From Chiloscyllium plagiosum (lineage: Eukaryota), in contig NC_057751.1 of assembly GCF_004010195.1 (NCBI RefSeq), forward strand, positions 16,233,267 to 16,287,904: a stretch of DNA of 54,638 nt. The letters are read 5' to 3'. A program made the translations under genes and the position numbers. Within the stretch, counting starts at the first letter, position 1. Each line of letters opens with the position of its first letter. The notes below the pieces were generated by a model, which worked only from the letters and a program-made list of their open reading frames with translations, had not been told where the DNA came from and did not search any database. Below are positions 48,742-54,638 of the stretch, piece by piece.

Positions 48742-50105
48742 CTTTAGTGTGCCACAAGGATCGGTGCTGGGTCCGCTGTCATTCCTCATTTATGGAAACC
48801 ATTTGGAAGAGAATTCAGGAAGCATTTTTGCAGATGACACCAGAATTGGAGGCATAATGAAGAGGGTTACCTCAGATTACAACGGGATCTGGATCAGATT
48901 TGGCCAATGGGCTGAGAAGTGGCAGATGGAGTTTAATTCAGATAAATGTGAGGTGCTGCATTTTGGGGAAGCAAATCTCAGCAGGACTTATACACTTAAT
49001 GGTAAGGTCCTAGGGAGTGTTGCTGAACAAAGAGACCTTGGAGTGCAGGTTCATAGCTCCTTGAAAGTGGAGTCGCAGGTAGATAGGATGGTGAAGAAGG
49101 CGTTTGGTATGCTTTCCTTTATTGGTCAGAGTATTGAGTACAGGAGTTGGGAGGTCATGTTGCGGCTGGACAGGACATTGGTTAGGCCACTGTTGGAATA
49201 TTGCGTGCAATTCTGGTCTCCCTGCTACAGGAAGGATGTTAGAAAGGGTGCAGAAAAGATTTACAAAGACGTTACTGAGACCGGAGGGTTTGAGGTATAA
49301 GGAGAGGCTGGGACTATTTTCTCGGAAGCAATGGGACAGCACGGTGGCTCAGTGGTTAGCACTGCTGCCTCACAGCACCAGGGTCCCAGGTTCAATTCCA
49401 GCCTCGGATGAGTGTCTGTGTGGGAGTTTGCACATTCTCCCCAGTGTCCGGTGGATTTCCTCCGGGTGCTCCGGTTTCCTCCTACAGTCCAACAATGTGT
49501 AGGTTAGGGTGGATTGGCCATGCTAAATTACCTATAGTGCTCAGGGATATGCAGATTAGGGTGGATTGGCCATGCTAAATTACCCATAGTGCTCAGGGAT
49601 GTGCAGGTTAGGGTGGATTGGCCGTGCTAAATTACCCATAGTGTTAGGTGCATCAGTCAGAGGGAAATGGGTCTGGGTGGGTTACTCGTTGGAGGGTCGG
49701 TTTGGACTGGTTGGGCCGAAGGGCCTGTTTCCACACTGTAGGGATTCTAATCTAAAAGAATTGTAGGCTGAGGGGTTTATATAGAGGTTTATAAAATCAT
49801 GAGGGGGCATGGATTGGGTAAATAGACAAGGTCTTTTCCCCTAGGGTAGAGGAGTCCAGAACTAGAGGGTTTAGGATGAGAGGAAAAAGATATAAAAGGA
49901 AACTTTTTCACACAGAGGGTGGTGCGTGTATGGAACAAGCTGCCAGAGGAAGTGGTGGAGGCTGGTACAATTGCAACATTTAAGAGGCATTTGGATGGGT
50001 ATATGAATAGGAAGGGTTTGGAGGGATACAGGGCAAGTGGGACGAGATTGGGTTAGGATATCTGGTCGGCATGGTCGGGTTGGGCCGAAGGGTCTGTTTC
50101 CGTGC
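48742..50105 (+). mobile_element. CR1/HER1-like LINE fragment including RT core motifs, split by a SINE
   Basis: VPQGSVLGPL, FADDT, W..KWQMEFN.DKCEVLHFG. Confidence 0.9.
49334..49756 (+). mobile_element. HE1-like SINE with 52-bp expansion, nested in a CR1 LINE
   Basis: LINE sequence stops at ~49330 and resumes at ~49765. Confidence 0.88.
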
Positions 50106-50425
50106 TGCCTCACTCTTTAACCAGCTCCTCTCGATCGGCCTGACAAATTGTTTTTTCAAGGAATTCATCGAGCCAATCAGACCCCGTCTTTCAATCGCTT
50201 AGCAACCGCATCGTTTAACTCCGTCATGGCTGGCGTCTCGTGTTGGTCAGGACACAATGCAAGAGTGCTTAGTTTCAGCAACGTCAGCCGCAGTGGCAAA
50301 GGATACTGGTCAGTCCTGACCAGTCTGCCCTTCCTGAGTTCCTGGCGTAAGTGCAAGCGCTGCGTGGAGGAGGTGGTTCGAACCGCGGGTGTTTCCGGAG
50401 GGGCGAAGTGCCAATGGCTACTTAC

Positions 50426-50616
50426 ACCTGAGGGAACTTGGTGGCATATTGGATCTTCTGGGTCATGGAGTTGTTGTAACATCCCACACTCGAGCAGACC
50501 CCGTTCATTCCGTCGACGGTAGAGAAATTGTAGCCGGCGGTGGTGACAAAATACACAGGGACGCCCACTTCAAAGTATTTGTTCAAGGCCGCAAAGTAAT
50601 CCAACATGTACGAGCC
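50426..50616 (-). CDS. NPC1L1: NPC1L1 internal exon
   Basis: GSYMLDYFAALNKYFEVGVPVYFVTTAGYNFS...CSSVGCYNNSMTQKIQYATKFPQ; 191 nt; CAG/GTAAGT. Confidence 0.95.
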
Positions 50617-51358
50617 CTGGAGGGGGGGGGGGGGGGGGGGTTGGAATGTGAGGTGTTTATAATCACGTTTGATCAACTGGGGACGGGAAGCGCAGGTGGG
50701 CAGGGTTGGGATGTCTAAGGGTCAACTCCCAAAGGTGCCCACTGTGGTGAAAGCCCCTCTTCGTAGGCGTCTTGGACTTATGCCTGAAAGAGCCTGAGAA
50801 GGTAGGCCTCGCCTGGACGGACACACCAATGGGCCGTCCAACGGTCGCTGAATAATGGCGAATTTTCTTTTTTTTTGTTTTCGCCGTGAACCGCACCCCG
50901 GCCCACTGCTGCTGCCTCGTCCCATTTGAGTGGCGGGCCTAGGCTCTGCTGTGGGCCTTCGAAAGGGAACAAGATAACGGCCCAAAGGAGGGAACGGTGC
51001 CAGAGGCATGGCCAAAGGGGGGGGGAACGACAGACAGGACTGGTTCCCCCTCGGGGCCAGGACGCACCGGAAAGGCCAAACTGCCGCCTCTGCGATGTGT
51101 TATTCGACGGCAGCTTGTGGTAGTTTGAACCCGCTCGGTAGGCCTGAGGTGACCAGCCGTCGCCATGGTGACCATGGAGCCGTCCTCGCCCAGTCCAGGC
51201 CGACACGTGACTCCAGACCCCCACAGCGATGCGGTCGATTCTTAACCGCCCCCTGAGGTGGCCCCCCCTGCTTGAGGTCAAGGGTCGACTGGGCACGGGC
51301 AACATAGACCACCTCCCCCCCCCCCCGCCCCGTGAAAGAACGTAATAAAAATACTGAC

Positions 51359-51448
51359 CTTTGGGAGAGAGAGTTCCTGATTGAGACCCACTCGAACGTG
51401 AAGGGTTAAGAATATCGCAGCACACAACATGAAGAGAAACAATATGAT
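51359..51448 (-). CDS. NPC1L1: NPC1L1 internal exon
   Basis: IILFLFMLCAAIFLTLHVRVGLNQELSLPK (VGLDQEL.LPK motif); 90 nt; AG/GTCAGT boundaries; not in the ORF track in this frame. Confidence 0.92.
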
Positions 51449-52684
51449 CTGGGGGAGACAGAGAGGAAACGAGCTGTCAACATATGCCGCTCAAATGGAC
51501 GAGCAAGATCAGACATTGGAGAAATGATCTTCCCAAACCCATTCGCCACTCCGTCTGTCAAACAAAGATCACTTCCCCACAGTAACTAAAATACTTCAAC
51601 CGTGAACCTCAATCAGACACCCCCAACACCCATCTCTCAGTCTGAGGGTGACGTGTATTCAGTCATGTGACAGTTGCAGGCCGGTTCCTGACCCACAATT
51701 CCCTGGGCAGGAAGTCAGACCTGGCTCCGTTGCATCCTCTGCTGTGCAGCTGCTCCACCTCCCCTCGCTATGGACGGTGGCACTCCAAGCAGGGTTGGCG
51801 CCATCTTGGATGGGTGGCCCAGCTTTGCCTGATCAACGACATCAACGCCGACATGTTTTACGCGTTTCTTTGACCGCAGTTGGAAAGGGTGCAGAAAAAG
51901 ATTTCCCAGGATGTTACCGAGACTGGAACATTTGAATTATAAGGAGAGGCTGGTTTGCTTCTTCCCTGGAGGCTGAGGGGTAACCTTACAAAGCTTTATA
52001 AAATTATGAGGGGCATGGATACGGTGAATAGCTGAGTCTTTTTCCCCAGGATAGGGGAGTCCACAACTAGTGGGCATTGGTTTAGGGTGAGAGGAGAAAG
52101 ATATAAAAGGGACCTGAGGGGGTATTATTTTATGCAGGGGGTGGTACGTGTACGGAATGAGCTGCCAGATATAGATGTGGGCACAATTCCAACATTTAAA
52201 AGGCATTTGGACAGGGAAAGATGCAGAGGGACATGGGTTGAGCGGGAATGCAATTTCCTGTCACAGATACACAGTCCGGACCTGTACAGGATTGTGCTGA
52301 CACACCAAACTCTCCCTACGCTGGGCCTCAGGTCGACTTGAGACCGTAACGGAACGGAATTCGGTCATTCACCCCATCAAGTTGGCTGACTGGCTGGAAG
52401 TGGTGACCCCGCGAGGTTTGGATGTCCCGAGAAACTGTTCAGAACCATGAAGACATTTTGATTTTGGTCTCTAGGTAGGCCGAGACTCCTCACTCCTGGA
52501 GGAACAAACTCCAATCTGTTCAGCTTCCCAATGCAGATATTGACCTGCTCTGTGGGATTGGCTTTTGCCCCTTCCCCTGGGGCCTCGGAGTCCTTATTAT
52601 AGTACAATGCAACTGGAATGTCTCACATCAGGCCAATCGTGGTGTAACAGAGGCCCTGCACTGGTTTTTTTTTTAACCACCGCA

Positions 52685-53670
52685 TAGAGTCGTACAATAC
52701 AGAAACAGACCCTTCGGTTGCACCCAGTCCACAAATTCTAAACTAAACTAGTCCCACCCCTGCCTACTCCTGGCCCATATCCCTCCAAACCTTTCCTTGT
52801 TCATGTACTTATCCAAATATCTTTTAACCAATGTAAACGTACCCACATCCACCAGTTCCTCAGGAAATTCATTCCACATGGGAACTACGCTCTGTCTTTT
52901 TGAAATCTCTCTTCTCTCACCGCCCCCCCCCCGCCTCATCTTGAGATCCCCCTTCCGAGGGAAAAGACATCTTCCATTAACCCCATCGATATCCCTGGTG
53001 ATTTTATCAACCTCGGTAAGGTGACCCCTCAACCTCCGACTTGAGAGAGAAGTCCCGGCCTCTCCTCATTACTCAAACCATCCATTCCCAGGTAACACCC
53101 TGCGAAATCTCTTCTGAGCCCTCTCCAGTTTAATAATACCCTCCAGTTTAATAATACAGGGCGACCAGACCTGGGCACAGTGCACCAGACGAGGCCTCAC
53201 CAACATCCTGTACAACCTCAATAGGACGTCCCGACTCCCGCACTCAAAGGCAAATGTGCCCAAATGCTTTCTTAACCCCCCCACCGTCTACACCCTGCGA
53301 AATCTCTTCTGAGCCCTCTCCAGTTTAATAATACCCTTCCTATAACAGGGCGACCAGAACAGGGCACAGTGCACCAGACGAGGCCTCACCAACGTCCTGT
53401 ACAACCTCAATAGGACCTCCCGACTCCCGCACTCAAAGGCAAATGTGCCCAAATGCTTTCTTAACCCCCCCACCGTCTCCATGGGACGCAAACTGCAGAG
53501 AATGATGTACCTGGACCCTCTAGCTCCCTCTGCTCTCAGGACCTTACCTTTTAAATTGTTGAAGCCCCTAACCCCCGCTCCCCGCCCCCCTGCCCCCAGT
53601 TTGTTTTCCCAAAATGCAACACCTCGCATTTATCCGGATTGAACTCTGTCTGCCATTTTTCCAATTCCTT
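52685..53670 (-). mobile_element. Degenerate CR1-like LINE with an internal ~195-bp tandem duplication
   Basis: LLRLYR.LVRPRLVHCA..WSP present twice (53095-53290, 53290-53480). Confidence 0.82.
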
Positions 53671-53696
53671 CTCGACACGCCAGACATTTTGCTTAC

Positions 53697-53834
53697 CACC
53701 ACGATCCTGGTGATAGAGTGGAGCAGAAATGGGGCATAATATTCCCTCATCAAAGGCAGCAGAAGACCCTCGGTTTTCCTCTTCCGTTTCCTGGCCTTTG
53801 CCCGGACGCAACAACAGATGTCGAATCTGTCCTT
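53697..53834 (-). CDS. NPC1L1: NPC1-like intracellular cholesterol transporter 1, internal exon (~exon 9 by human numbering); gene continues beyond the right end of the window
   Basis: KDRFDICCCV...EGLLLPLMREYYAPFLLHSITRIVV; 138 nt; (CT)n tract + CAG acceptor, GTAAGC donor. Confidence 0.92.
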
Positions 53835-54129
53835 CTGCACGAGAGAGAGAGAGAGAGAGAGAGAGAGCACACTGACTGGAGTGAGGTAAATGGTCGCCGT
53901 TCCACACGCCTTTGTCACAGAACACGAAACACTTTCTCACCTGACCATGTAAATACAGCGGCTGGACTGTGGTCCTGCCCCAGCCCATATCAATACTGTT
54001 GCCGTGAGAACAGGTCAGGGGCTGGGAATCCTGCAGCGAGTGACCCCCTCCAAAGCCTGGCCCCAGCAACACAATTTGGACCTGCAAATCCTGCCTCCAC
54101 ACCACTCTCACCCCCACCCCACCTCCATC

Positions 54130-54638
54130 CAAGGCCCGAAAGGAGGCTTCCTCATCCAACAGAAATTTACCTGTCCCTCCACCAATGTCATCTACTGCAT
54201 CCGCTGCACCCGGCATGGTCTCCTCTACAGTGGGGAGACAGGATGCCTCCTTGCGGATCGTTTCAGAGAACATCTCTGGGACACCCGCACCCTCCAACCC
54301 CACCGCCCCCATGGGCAAACACTTCAGCACCCCCTCCAACTCTGTCAAGGACATGCAGGTCCTGGGCCTCCTCCATCGCCACTCCCTCGCCAACCCACGC
54401 CTGGAGGAAGAACGCCTCATCTTCCGCCTCGGAACACTTCGACCCCAGGGCATCAATGTGGACTTCACCGGTTTCCTCATTTCCCCTTCTCTTCCCCCCC
54501 AACATTATCCCAGTCCCAAGCCTCCAACTCGGCACCACCCTCCCGACTCCAGCATAATTTATCCGCTCCACCCTCCTCTCGGACCTATCACCTTCTCCCT
54601 GACCTTCAATCTCCCTGTCGCATTCTCAGCTCACTTTC
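54130..54638 (+). mobile_element. Penelope-like element (second family), GIY-YIG endonuclease fragment and 3' end
   Basis: QGPK..F.I.QKFTCPSTNVIYCIRCTR.GLLYSGETG..L..RFREH, frameshift, then HF...RLEEERLIFRLGTLRPQGINVDF. Confidence 0.85.

Noticed and set aside
48233..49300. 355-aa ORF with RT motifs as an active or domesticated reverse transcriptase
   Set aside because: Chance fusion of antisense exon/intron sequence to an internally deleted, frameshifted CR1 fragment.
37612..53834. Alternative call NPC1
   Set aside because: VFAGVAMTNLPGI, GTDP.FEVFPY, QKIQYAT.FP and the separate 56-nt exon are NPC1L1-type.

Overview
Vertebrate genomic DNA, almost certainly a cartilaginous fish (shark-type HE1-like tRNA SINEs, CR1/HER1-like LINEs, Penelope-like elements). 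It is repeat-dense and has six N-gaps. Two convergent protein-coding genes are supported by spliced reading frames. (1) A complete DUSP2 (PAC-1) on the + strand has 4 coding exons (21821-25866, 309 aa), a probable non-coding leader exon, an immediate-early-type promoter (2 CArG boxes, CRE, NF-kB, TATA) and an AU-rich element. (2) The 3' part of NPC1L1 on the - strand has 10 internal exons (53834 to 37612) plus a terminal exon present twice because of a ~4 kb tandem duplication; the proximal copy carries a 225-bp deletion that removes the stop codon and changes the C-terminus. Other notable items are minimal hammerhead-ribozyme motifs in two Penelope-like families, a 52-bp minisatellite amplified from inside the SINE and sitting at duplication junctions and gaps, several unrelated minisatellites, and an unexplained multi-hairpin element at ~29.5 kb. 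I see no evidence of a wholly new multi-gene system. Most other ORFs in the track are repeat or gap artefacts.
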